Below, in pieces: positions 25,104 to 38,187 of a DNA stretch of 64,000 nt. Numbering within the stretch: position 1 is the first letter of the stretch; the number at the start of each line of letters is the position of its first letter. Both the position numbers and the translations under genes were made by a program. The notes under the pieces are model-generated. The model saw only the letters and a list, made by a program, of their open reading frames with translations, had not been told where the DNA came from and searched no databases. This DNA comes from Balamuthia mandrillaris (taxonomy: Eukaryota): NCBI GenBank assembly GCA_031835245.2, contig JAVKOQ020000077.1:1-64000 (forward strand). The letters are read 5' to 3'.

Positions 25104-26243
25104 TCAAATAAAGCATTAGATCACACAAAAAAAAAAAAAAAACCAGGTCAAAAAAAAGTCTCCTCTAGAGCACTTGCCTCTGCCACCTGAAAGGCGGGGC
25201 TCTGTGAACCTGTAGATGGATAGAAAGGACCGTCTCGTTGCTTGGGAGACATTACCACACCTTTCCGTCTCACTCTGGGTCGGCGCACTAAGTGGCCTTC
25301 GATGAGTGTTTCAATATCCTTGTCAATGAGCTTGTAGGCCTTAGTCTTCTTGACTTTGTTGAGGTTTCTGGAAAGGAATTGCAAGCAATACTCCGTCAAT
25401 GGCTGTGAATGCTGAGTTATGGCGGATAGTAGTTCTACCACGTTGTCTATAGTAACGCTTTTTTTGATGCTCTCAGCGCATAACTGTTTGTGTTGGTATT
25501 TTGTTGGTACGCTCAGCAAAGAACAGAAAACCAATAGACAACAAAAAGCCAACATCAACACAAAACAAAGAGCAGAGCAGAACATAAAACGAAATGAAGA
25601 CCTGTTGCAAGGAGAGCAAGGTGGTGGGGAGAGGATCTGAGGGAATGTCTATTGTTGAGTTGCCCTCTTCTTGCTCATCTTTCTCTTTAGCAGGCGCCAG
25701 GCTGCTGTTGCTCAGGCTAGCGCTTGGCAATGTAACACGCAATGGTGTCGTCGTGGTGGAGTTAAGATAGCTTGGAGTGTTGGTGGTGCTAGTTGTTGTG
25801 GTAAAGGGGTTGAAAATTGGGGTAAGACTAGCAGTAGCAGTGGTCAGAGTAGTAGGAGTGGTCATAGTGGAAGTAGGCCTGAAGTTACGCGGTAAATAGG
25901 ACGAAGGAGCAGAAGAAGAGGAGGAGAAGGAAGAGGAAGTAGACGAGGAAGAGTAATTCGATGAAAGCCCATAACCATAAGAATAAGGAACGGGGTTAGT
26001 AGTAGGCCTGCTGTTTGTGCTGCCACTGGTAGGGGCGTTGTTGTTAAAGCTGCTGCCAGCCTCAGCATTGCGCGTTTCCTGAGCAAGAACAACGGCGTTT
26101 AGATCTATGTTCTCCACCAGCTCCAGAAACTTTGTGGAGTCGGCATGCAGCTCCTGCAACAACTGTCCCAACTGCTGTTCTCCGGTATGTTGTAGCTTGT
26201 ATGAAACCACCGCTTCCACAGGCCTGTTTGTTGGCGTTACGTT

Positions 26244-26327
<84 letters not shown>

Positions 26328-26572
26328 ACATCATTTACAAAACAGAGAAAAGACCAGCAAAGTAAAGAAGAGGTTGTGCTCTCGTACCACACTTTAACTG
26401 TTTCTGAGACAGTCACAGCGATCTTAAACTCTTCTGATTAACAATGCAGAAAGACGATCAATAACAGTTCTTTTTTTTAAAAAAAACCACGGTAAGCCAA
26501 AGAAGTACCTCCTCCTGCATCCGAAGTCAATGATTTGGTGTCCAAACAGACTTGTCCCGCGTTAAGCCACAT
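24374..26572 (-). CDS. Hypothetical multi-exon protein with Ser/Thr-rich linker and a BACK-like helical segment
   Basis: Consecutive minus-strand ORF blocks separated by GT-AG introns. LCAESIKKSVTIDNVVELL..PLTEYCLQFLSRNLNKVKKTKAY resembles the post-BTB/BACK helices. The start ATG at 26572 is inferred. Confidence 0.55.
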
Positions 26573-26854
26573 GTTGTTGTTATAAAACCACTGCTACAAA
26601 AAGACCACTGTGCAGTGAAAGCAAAGCACAGCAAAGCACGACGGAAATAGAGGGAAGAAAAAGGGAAGGGGGTCCGGTCTGTTTTCCGTAACAAGAAGAG
26701 AAGGAAGAAGAGGTTCTCTTTCTTTTCTTTTCTTTTTTTTAAAAAAAGGTGTTCTTCTCTCTCTCTCTCAAGGGCAAAAACAAAAAAAAGTTCAGTTAAA
26801 ATAGTGGCACAAACTTGTTTGCAGGTTTGTGGATGGTTCGATGAGCAGCAACGA

Positions 26855-28368
26855 TCATTTTTCAGTGGAGAGCAGGGTTTGCCTGGCGACGGCAGTGATG
26901 GTGGTGGTGGTGGTGGTGGTTGTGGTACTCGCAGCGGAAGAGGAGGAGGTGGTGGAAGAGGCAGCAGCGGCCACAGCCAAAACGTTCTGGGAGCTGAGAT
27001 GTCTCTGAATGTGTCGGTCCACGCGTTGTGTTTCCTTCAACCTCTCCGACACAAGCGCGGTGATGTGATAGCGGATGTTCTGGTATTTGTTGAGCACACT
27101 CGTAAAGTCCTCCCTTCGCAAGGAGAGGACCACGCTACGCTTGTTCGCGATGGCGGAGGCCGTCCTTGGTAGCCCTGTTATCAGCGACATTTCTCCAAAG
27201 CTTTCGCCCTCACTCAACCTCATGAACTCCACTGAAGGCGCATTTTCCACCCCTAGAAAGCAGAAATGAGCATGTGCAGAAGACAAGAGGGGGGAAAAAA
27301 GCGCACACACCAGGATCTGTTTTCTCTAGTCTGACGGAACCTTCTTTGATTATGTACAATGAGCTGTCGTCGACATCGCCCTGTTGGAAGATGGTCTGGC
27401 CTTCTTCGTAGACTCTCTCATCGTCGATAATTGCAGCGATGGACTCCAGCTGATCTGGTTTTAGCTTGCTGAACAAGAAAGACTTGGAGAGGCAGTTACG
27501 AAGGAACGGTCTATATTTGTGAATTCTGCTGAGATCCAAGTCGATGGGCACCGGTTGCTTGTAAGCCACTTCAGTATCGGCCATTATGTCCCTAAATCTA
27601 AAGAATGGAAAAAGATCTTTTGTCAACAACCTTTGCTGCCCGAAGCAAGAGAGGTAGAAGCAGACGCTGTGAGCCTTACTCTTTCGCCGCTAGCGTCAGT
27701 AGTTTGCAATCGGTTGCAGCACGGACAGTGGCGGTGCGGTTGCCGTCGGCGATCATCAGTGCTGTTTCACCAAATGTATCACCTCTGCCTAATGACAGAA
27801 TCATCTTTTGCTGAGGTGAGCCATATTCGTTGTAGACATTGACCTTTCCTTGCTCAATAAGGAAGAAAGTATCGCTTTCTTCCCCAGCCTTTACTATCAC
27901 TTCACCGGCTTTTATTGCTTCTTGGGTGCAAGCCGAAAACATCCTTGACATCCTATTAGGGCTTATATTTCTGAAAAATGATGCTATTGTGAGCTTGAAA
28001 AACCACATACTTCAGAGAGGAAGACAGGGGAAGAAGTAAAAAGAAGAATAACAAAGAAGCGGCCAAAACCTAAAATACCAAATGTCACAAAACATTTTAA
28101 AGAGGCGGGTGGCCTTGGCGTAACCGCGATGATACTTGGATATAGGAAGGATCACCGTATTTTCAGTTCCACACTTAGGGATCTTCAGGTGAGTCACTTT
28201 TACGTTCACGCATTTATCCTTGGATACCTCACGACCAACACTGTAGATAAATGGGATTAAAGAGTGAGATAGAAGGGCAAAAGAGAGAGAGAGAGAGAGA
28301 GAGAGAGTGTGGGTGGGTGGGTGGGTGGGTGGGTGGTATATATCAAGAGAGAGGGAGGGAGAGGGAGG

Positions 28369-28409
<41 letters not shown>

Positions 28410-30984
28410 AGGTGGAGAAAAATACCTTTCTGGAATACCTGAGCAATGAACAACCCACATCTTCTTTTTGGTCGCGGTAGGCAAATCGTTCAGGTCCGAA
28501 ATACTGGTGTGAATGGGAGGACAACCGCTTTCGTGGATGATCATATCGGCATCAAATAAGAACTGGCGAAGGCTGATCTCCCGTTGGTAGTTGATAATAC
28601 CGTCAGCAACCAACTGGGCGTAAACGCGAGGTCCATAATAGGTGTCAGCGCTGTAACTGATGGATTTGTCGTGGAAGCGAAGCTTGAAGCGGACGGTAGG
28701 AATGGTGTGGAAGCTATAATCAAACTCGAAGTTGGCTCCAAGAATGTTGTAGACCTCTCCTATTTTCACCTGCCGAAAGATATAATAATCCTGCACGTCC
28801 ACCAAGTTAGTTATGGCATTGAGCTTTCTCTTGTAGCTCTCGTTCACAGTTTTAGTGGTATACAATTCGATTTTCCTGCCTGTGTTAAGCACAAGTAAAG
28901 ATGAGGTAATGTAAAAGAGAAACAGGCAACTGCGAGAAATAACGCACCACCAAGAATGATTCTAATGAGGCCTGAGTCATGGTCGCTGTGGCAATGCGTG
29001 AGAATGACCTTGCTGACGAATCGGTGATTGATGCCGTTCTCCTCCAAAAATTTTGGTGTCTCCACAGGAGGATCCACCAATACTCCATATCCGTTTATCC
29101 AAATGATAAAGCCAGTTGTTTTGCCTGACGCATTTGTGAGCGGGGAGAAAAAACTACAAAATAACGCGTAGGAAAGGAGAAGACAATACCAGCAGGATCA
29201 AAGCCATGGCTCGTGCCTATGAATGTAACACCGAGAACAGGCGGTTCGAATATTGGCTTTTCGACCTTCATCTCCAACCCGGTCGTTTCACTTGGCAGAC
29301 ATTTGTTCTCTTCTTCCATGGTTTCCTTCTGTTTCTCGCGCATATTGACCGGCTCTTCCCGGCTCTCACTGAAACTTGAAGCATCGTTGCGCTGAACATA
29401 AGTTTCCAGTATTCCACATAATTTGTTGTCCTCATAAATGCAGAGCAGGTCGTTGACATGCACAATCCTAAGCTTAACTACCTTTGAAACACCTAGGATT
29501 GGATAGCAATGATGCAAGAATGAGAATGTGGATAATAGCGACAAGCAGGCATGAGCTAAAAAGACAGGCAAGCACACCATTGTGCTCGTACTGGTGGGCT
29601 ATGTCTACAACGCCATGTTCATCGTATGGGGAAAAATCAGCAAAGTGCGTGACGGGAGGAGTATTGCCATGCTTGTCCTTGTAAGCAAGATAGCCTCGCT
29701 CTGCCAAGAAGTCCACCGCGTACCCCGCTTCTTTCCTGCAATCAGCAATGTCTTCATCCATGTAAAGATGCTCTGGCTTTGGCCCAAAGACTGACTCTTG
29801 AAAGGAAATCCTCACTCTTTCGAGCTGGTCCTCAGTGCCTATCATCCTAACCTTGAACTTGGGATCGATGAATGCCTTCTTTATGAAAAAATTGAAATAG
29901 ATGGGAAACTCGACGTCGCCATAGTTCACCCCATCTTCGAAGAGGCGTGGAGGTAGCACATAGATTTGTGGTACACTGGCTCCCTTTTAGTTCTTTAGTA
30001 AGAAGAAAATACAGAAAAATGGAGGCAACAATAGCAGCAGCAACGAGAGGAGAGAGAGAGAGAGAGAGAGAGAGAACGAGCAAAAACGAAACAATAAAAG
30101 AAACGGTGATAAAGTGAAGACAAGGAGCAACAAAAACCTTACGCATGGAGACTTTGATAGTTTCAGGAGGAATGCCTATCTGTATAGGACCAAACGAGCC
30201 ATGGTAGACAAACGTGTCCCCTTCCATAAGCTGCACAGTGTCGGGGCTGTAATAGGGGGTCGGCTCTCCCCATCGTCCTCCTATGTAAGTGGCTGGCGAA
30301 GAATTGGAAGAAGAATAGGAGGAAAGATATCGCAGCACAGCGGCCAGAGCATTTGGGTTGCTAAAACGCACGCCAAAGAACAGCAGGTTGGTCATCTGTA
30401 TGCTCTTGTGGATGGTGGCGTAGAGGTGCTTCGTGGTGGTGCGCGTGGCCTGGATTGCCTCCACCTCCGAAAAGGCCACGATCAGCTCGTGACAAACCCT
30501 CACCGGCGCAGAGTGTTGGTGGGGCGTTGCGGAGGGTGAAAAGAAAGCCACGTCCGCAAATGGGGCCAAGTGTTGGGCCACCTCCGCTGCTGTTTCTTGG
30601 TTGGACACGGCAAGAGGGGCTTTGGACACCACAGCAAAGCTGCCGAGCATCATTTGCGCAAAGAGAAGCCGCGCATCCTCATCCGGGCCTGTCCCCCGTT
30701 CCAAGGTCAGGTCAGGGATGGAGGACAAAAGGTTGGTGCAGCCGCCCTCCTCCTGCAACAAAGTGCACAGCTCCTTCCATTGCCTTTGAAGCACGTCATT
30801 GAGAGGCTCCTCACCAAACCCAGCCGTTGGTTTGTCGAGCTCTTCCCACTGCAGCAACAGAGGTAAGGTTTTTTTTTTTGCAAGAGGGATAAGCCAAGAA
30901 GAAGAATCACAACAAACAACGTCAAGACAAAGACCCCACCAAAGCAAAGCTGGACAGGGAATTATTCTCATGGAGGGCAGCCAT
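26855..30984 (-). CDS. Metallo-beta-lactamase-fold cyclic-nucleotide phosphodiesterase with two cNMP-binding domains (Dictyostelium PdeD/PdeE, GbpA/B type); spliced
   Basis: GPIQIGIPPETIK, DVEFPIYFNFF, GVTFIGTSHGFDP, VDPP, HCHSDHDSG (28996-28970), FHTIPT, SYSADT and IHESGCPPIHT. cNMP cassettes FGETALMIADGNRTATV and FGEMSLITGLPRTASA. Confidence 0.88.
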
Positions 30985-31336
30985 TACTACTACTTCTTCT
31001 GCTACTGGCAGCAGCAGGTAAGGGGGGGGAACAGAAGAAGAACAATAGCCAGCAGCAGAACTGTTCCCACGGCGGCGGCAGCAGGCTATTTGCTTGTTGT
31101 TAGACGGAGAAGCAAAAGGCAGATTCCGTGACGACCCGAAAAGCGGACTGGCTGTCGACCAAAAAAAATCAGAAATAAAACAAAAGAAAAAAAAGCAAAC
31201 GGCTAGCTCGCCCCCCCCCCCCCGCTCGCTAGGTTAGGGTGTTGAAGAGTACGCACTGCAACAAAGCAAGAGACGGAGGCTCCTTCCTCGGCTGCACCGC
31301 TTATCATCAGGCCTACCACGCCAGCCCTTCACTACC

Positions 31337-32658
<1,322 letters not shown>

Positions 32659-32683
32659 CCAACAAAAAGAAGGGAAGAAAGAA

Positions 32684-33775
32684 ATGAGCCAAGCGGCTGT
32701 GGAGGCGGCGGCGAGTCTGCTGCGTGAAGCTGACCTCCCCCAACCCGCCCCTGCTGGAGAGGGCGCTGGGCAGAAGAAGGACGAAGAATCTCCTGTAAAT
32801 ATCGAGCAAGACCAAGGAGAAAAGAACGCGACAAAGAAGAAAAGAAACCGACGGAAGAAGAAAACCAAAGCCAACAAGAGCAGCAACGCCAACGCTAATG
32901 CTCCCCCTGCTACTCAAAACAAGTTGGCTTCTTTTCTTCTCTCTCTCTCTCTCTCTCTCTTGTGGTTAATCTCACTATCCTCCTTTGCTCTCTCTCTCCT
33001 CCAAAGAGATGAACAGTTGTCGCGGGACACACCAGGCATTCGTTACGACTTTTACAAAAACGAGGACCAGATGCCGGAGATCATGGCCCTCTTCGAGAAA
33101 GACCTGTCCGAACCCTACTCCATATTCACCTATCGCTACTTCATCGGCATATGGCCAAAGCTTTGCGTGCTGGTACTGCTGCAGTCTATTATTCTCGACT
33201 ACTTCTCTCATGTGCTGAACTTTTTTTTGGGGGGGCGTTTGCATCAAACAAAAGGCTCATGACGCAGAGACAGACAAGATAGTGGGCTCCATTGTTTGTA
33301 AGTTGGATAGTCACAGGGGCGTCTACAGAGGCTACATTGCAATGTTGGCTGTCGACCATAACTACCGCAAACGTGGCATTGGTACATTGCTCCTCTCATT
33401 CTCGCTCTTATCTCCTTTCTCTCCCTTCTTAGCCATCACTCCTAACGCATGACTTGGTACTGCAGGGTCAGTATTGGTAATGAGAGCCATCGACGAAATG
33501 AAAAAGGATGAGTGCGAGGAAGTGGTGCTGGAAACAGAGGTCACAAACAAAGGCTCTCTGGCGTTGTACGAAAAGTTGGGCTTCATCAAAGACAAGCGTT
33601 TATGTCGTTATTACCTCAACGGCGTGGATGCCTTCAGGTTAGTCCTATCTAATGCCTTCTTTCCATATAATATGTTTCTGGAACGTGGCATTTCACATAC
33701 TCATTCTCGTTTTTTACTTCGTAATCTTCTATCGCTCTCTCTCTCCTCTCTCTCTCTCTCTCTCCTCTCTCTCTC

Positions 33776-33806
<31 letters not shown>

Positions 33807-33954
33807 TTCTCTTTCTCTCCCTGTCCTCTCTTTCCCTTTCTCTCTTTGGTGCAGGCTCAAAATATTCCTAAACCCATTCCCAGAGACACCCATTCCTGCC
33901 GCTGGATTACCACCGCACGCTGCCAACGAGAGTACAGCGGATGTCCCCAGCTAG
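32684..33954 (+). CDS. NAA30: N-alpha-acetyltransferase 30 (NatC catalytic subunit, Mak3); spliced
   Basis: [88 protein letters not shown]. Confidence 0.93.
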
Positions 33955-34088
33955 CCCTCTTTCCTCTCTCTCTCTCTCTCTCCCTCTCTCTCCCTCTCTC
34001 TCCAAACATAGAAGCACAGAGAAAGACAAACTTTGTTTTTTTTATTTGGCACCACAAAACAAAAAAAGAGAAGAAAGAGAACAAAGAG

Positions 34089-35723
34089 ATGGAGGAGGGA
34101 GCGCGGCGGCCAAGACGACTGCTTCCAGTGGTGGTGTGGTGGGCAGTACTCATCCTGTGCATGGCGGTAGGGCTACCAAGGCTGTACAACTGGTGGGAGT
34201 CCACTTCCATTCGCGCAGATGAGAGCATCACGCTCTTCCCTACTCTCTCCACCATAGCAACGGCAGCGGCAGCAGCACCAAAGGGAACTGTTGCCACTGC
34301 TAACCAACGACTGTCCCTGAACCTCCACATACACGGCTCCGTCTTTGAGGAGGAGAAAGAAAGCAAGACAAGAGGCTTTGTGGCCGATCTTATGCTCTCT
34401 CTGGTGGAGGCCGTGGTGGGACGGCCCTCAAACACGACCACGATCCCTGAGACCTCCTTGGCGTCTCTCTTTCGAGAGAGGGTGTGGCACTTTTTGGTGG
34501 ACAACGAAAGCGGGAAGAGGGTCACTGTGAGGTTGCGTTGGGCCAATGGCACTACCACGGCTCATCCTTTGACGGCAGTGTCGAGGAGCAACGGGCACTT
34601 TGAGGAGTGGCTCCGCTTTGAGGAGGACGACGCAAATCAAAGCATGTTGACCGACCTCCTCCGCTTTGAGTACGTTTTTCATTTTTTTTTTGCTTTTTTC
34701 TGATCCTCTCTCTGAAGGGAGGAAGGTGGATGGAAGGTGCGTTACAGTGTGGAGGCTGACGACGGCAGAGTCTTTGAGGGTCGCTCTCATGTGTTGGAGG
34801 CTAATGGCATCAGTGTCATTACCGACATCGATGATACTTGCCGTATTACAGGTAAGCGAGACTCGGGTATCTTTTCCGTCTTTCCTCCATTGTTCTGTGA
34901 GTGACTTTCAACGGCGATTGTTATGAATAGGGGTGTTGAATGGGAGCAGAATGCTGAGCAGCACTTTTCTTCTTCCGTTTGAGGAGGTGAGAGGCATTGC
35001 CCGAATGTTTCAGCAGTGGAAGGATGGGTTGATGGTTTCCACCAACCCTCCCTACTCGCTGTCATTCCGTCCGGAAGAACAACCCCAACGCCAAAAAGAA
35101 GCAGAGGAGGAGAAGAAGCCATTCTCCTTTAAGGAGACGAAACAAGAAAGCAGAGATGTGGCCTTTCATTATCTTTCTGGAAGTCCCTACCAATTCTTTC
35201 GGCCACTTCATGACTTTTTGAAGGAGGAAGGCTTTCCGGAGGGCAGCTGGCACCTTAACGAAATGGATCGCGACTGGACTTCGTTTTTCCGTTTCTTCTC
35301 TGCTCCCATACAGCACAAGTTGCACCACATTGATGCCATCATGCACAGTTACCCTCTTCGACGTTATATATTAGTGGGTGATGATGGCCAATCGGACCCA
35401 GAAAGTAACTTTACCCTCCTTGCTCTTTTTCTTCTTCTTTCTTTTTTCCTTTGTTCTTCATCAGCTTATGACAACAACACTTTGCTTTGGATGCAGTTTA
35501 TGCGGAGGTGGCGGGCCGTTATCCAGAGCAAGTGGTTCATGTGTTCATTCACCACGTAAACCAAAGCAGCGCAGATGCCGTCACCTCCACTTCCCTTTCG
35601 GAGGATGCCGTCCAACGATGTGTAGCCACCTTCAGTGCAGCAGGCGTTCCTTCTCACAAATGGACGTTGTTCCCATCCACCGACATTCCTACCCTCACCG
35701 ACCGTTTGCTTTCCTCAGTGTGA
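34089..35723 (+). CDS. App1-type phosphatidate phosphatase (DUF2183) with N-terminal TM/signal anchor; spliced
   Basis: [11 protein letters not shown] (DxDxT), [46 protein letters not shown]; hydrophobic N-terminus. Confidence 0.85.
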
Positions 35724-36014
35724 TTATATTAATTTTCCTTTCTCTGTAAAAAAAACGTTTCGTTATGCTTTTGTTGTGCTTGCTCTGAGCTTAGTGCTAA
35801 CCTCCTTCTGGTTGGAACGCACTGGCGAGAGGCAGCAGCATAAGCCAGCCTTTGGCTCCTCCTCCCTGCAGCTACCTTGTGGGGCACGGCGAGAAGAAAA
35901 AGTGACGATTATTTTCCCTTTTATGATCATTTGTGACGTCATTCGAACAGAGAAGAGAAAGAAAGGGGAACGGGAGAGCACACACACCGCTACAGGAAGC
36001 GCACTTGCTTGCCT

Positions 36015-36701
36015 ATGGCTGCCAACTTCTGGGCTTCATCGCAATTGTATGCTGCTCTTTATTTGTGATTGCTTGATATTTCTGTTCGTTGAATATGTAC
36101 AATTTTTTCTATTTTTTAAAAAAACAAAGCCGCAACTGGCAACTAGATGATGACAAAGTCAGCAAATGCAATCCTAGAGACAGAGAGTATTTAACCGCTG
36201 AGGAGATAACCAAAGCTCGCATTTACTACAGCGATGGTACTTTGTTCCTCCTTTACACTTCATTGTTCATTCGTTCTTTTTTTTAACATCTTCATAAACT
36301 CTTCTCTCTCTCTTCTCTCAGTCTTGCAGCTGTTGGGAAAGAAGATCGCGTTGCGACAACGGGTCATAGCTTCTGCCACTATATTCTTTCGAAGGTTTTA
36401 CATATTGTACGTACAGGGCTGCTGCCATTTCTTTTTTTTTTTTCGTGTAATTGTTCCTACCCATAGTTGGTTTCTTACATGAGGGAGTTTCATGCTTTAC
36501 AGTAATAGTTTTTCAGAGTTTGATCCTCGATTAATCGCTCCTACCTGTCTCTACCTGGCCTGTAAGGTCGAAGAGTGCATCACCCATGCCCGTATTTTTG
36601 AGAAAGCCATGCACAGCATTGGTTCGGTTTTACATGTTTTCACTATTCTTATCAGGTCACACTAACGCCCAACTTTGCTTTCCTCGTCACTTCTCGCTTT
36701 C

Positions 36702-36749
<48 letters not shown>

Positions 36750-37387
36750 TCCCTCTCCCTCTCTCTCCCTCCCTCTCTTCTCTAAAAGATCGTAATTGGC
36801 CATACCGAATGGATGACGTGTTGGAGGCCGAGTATTACATCATAGAGGAAATGGATTTTTACATGGTGCTGTATCACCCTTATCGGCCGCTCACCATGTT
36901 CCTGGCTGACTGTGGCGAGTCAGACCTTTTAGAACCCGCCTGGTATATTGTCAACGATGTATACCGCACGGACCTCGCTCTGATGCATCCACCGCATATT
37001 ATTGCTCTAGCAACCATCCTGATGGCTGCCACCGCTCAGAACCGGACAGCAGCGCTACGGCCTTGGTTTGCTGGGTTGAACGTGGACATGGAGGAAGTGT
37101 GGCGGGTCATTAATACTATCCTCCAACTCTATACCGTGTGGTACGAGATGAGGGACGACGAGGTAAAAGCCATTTTGGATAAGATTGTTCGGAAGTGGAA
37201 CCTCCTCCATCAAGCATCTTCTTCCGGGTCTTCTTCCTCACCTAATTCTTCTGCTTCCACCAATCCTCCCATGCCTTCTGCAGCTGCCGGTGGCGGTCTG
37301 AGTGGTACTTCACACCACCCTCAACCGGTTCATGTGGAGCACATTGTGGCTTCGCAGCACGCTCCACACCCAGGCCAGCAGGGGTGA
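36015..37387 (+). CDS. CCNC: Cyclin C; spliced
   Basis: MAANFWASSQ, LGKKIALRQRVIASATIFFRRFY, DPRLIAPTCLYLACKVEEC, EAEYYIIEEMDFYMVLYHPYRPL, AWYIVNDVYRTDLALMHPPHIIAL. Confidence 0.95.
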
Positions 37388-37654
37388 TATGTTTTGCCAC
37401 GCAAGTCTCTTTGTGCTCCCTTTGGGCCAGTAAAACCGTTTGCGTTTGTAAAGATAAAGTTATTTGTGTTGCTAAACAATCTTAGGGTACTAGGGTTAGG
37501 GTTGTTGGAAGGCTTTTCTCTTCTTTGGAATCCTCCAACAAACAAATAGTTTCCAGGAATTTTTTCGGGTAACAAAAAAAAAAAAGCCATAGAAGCAGCA
37601 CTGATCTTCATCACCCACAACCGAACGGACTCGCCACAAGCCAAGCCACCAGTG

Positions 37655-38148
37655 ATGGCGGGCATACCTTTCGTGTTCGATCTGTCAGCGTTCTCGGGTG
37701 GTAGCGCCCAGCAGCAACAGGTGCAACAACAGGAGGCTTCTTCTTCCTCCAGCCAACAACCGGAGCGTGACCTGCCCGAGACCGCCGCACCACCGAACAC
37801 CGCGATCTCAACCGCTGCAGTCCTCAATGAAATGGTGCCGTCGGCCTCGCGAGCCTTCACGCTGCCTCCTCTGCTGTCCCCCGAAGCCTACTATACACAA
37901 AGCTTGAACGAGGCGAGGAAGCAGGCCGTTGCTGCGGCTCGCCTAAAAGGAGTTGAGGAAGCAGCAGCGCCTACTGCTCTTAAGCATAAGCTACGACAAA
38001 ACCGCACTCTGCTTCACTACGCCGTGGAGACCTCCTCCTTGCAGGACGTTAAAGCCGCGCTCGAAGAAGACCCCACTCTCCTCGAATTTTCTTTTGTTGG
38101 GGTAAGTCCCCAACACTCTTGTGTTTCCTAAAGAACTGTGCTGATTCT

Positions 38149-38187
<39 letters not shown>

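Noticed and set aside
33474..34703. 409-aa ORF suggesting an NAA30-App1 fusion
   Set aside because: This is read-through of an intron and intergenic CT repeats. Spliced NAA30 stops at 33954 and App1 has its own ATG at 34089.
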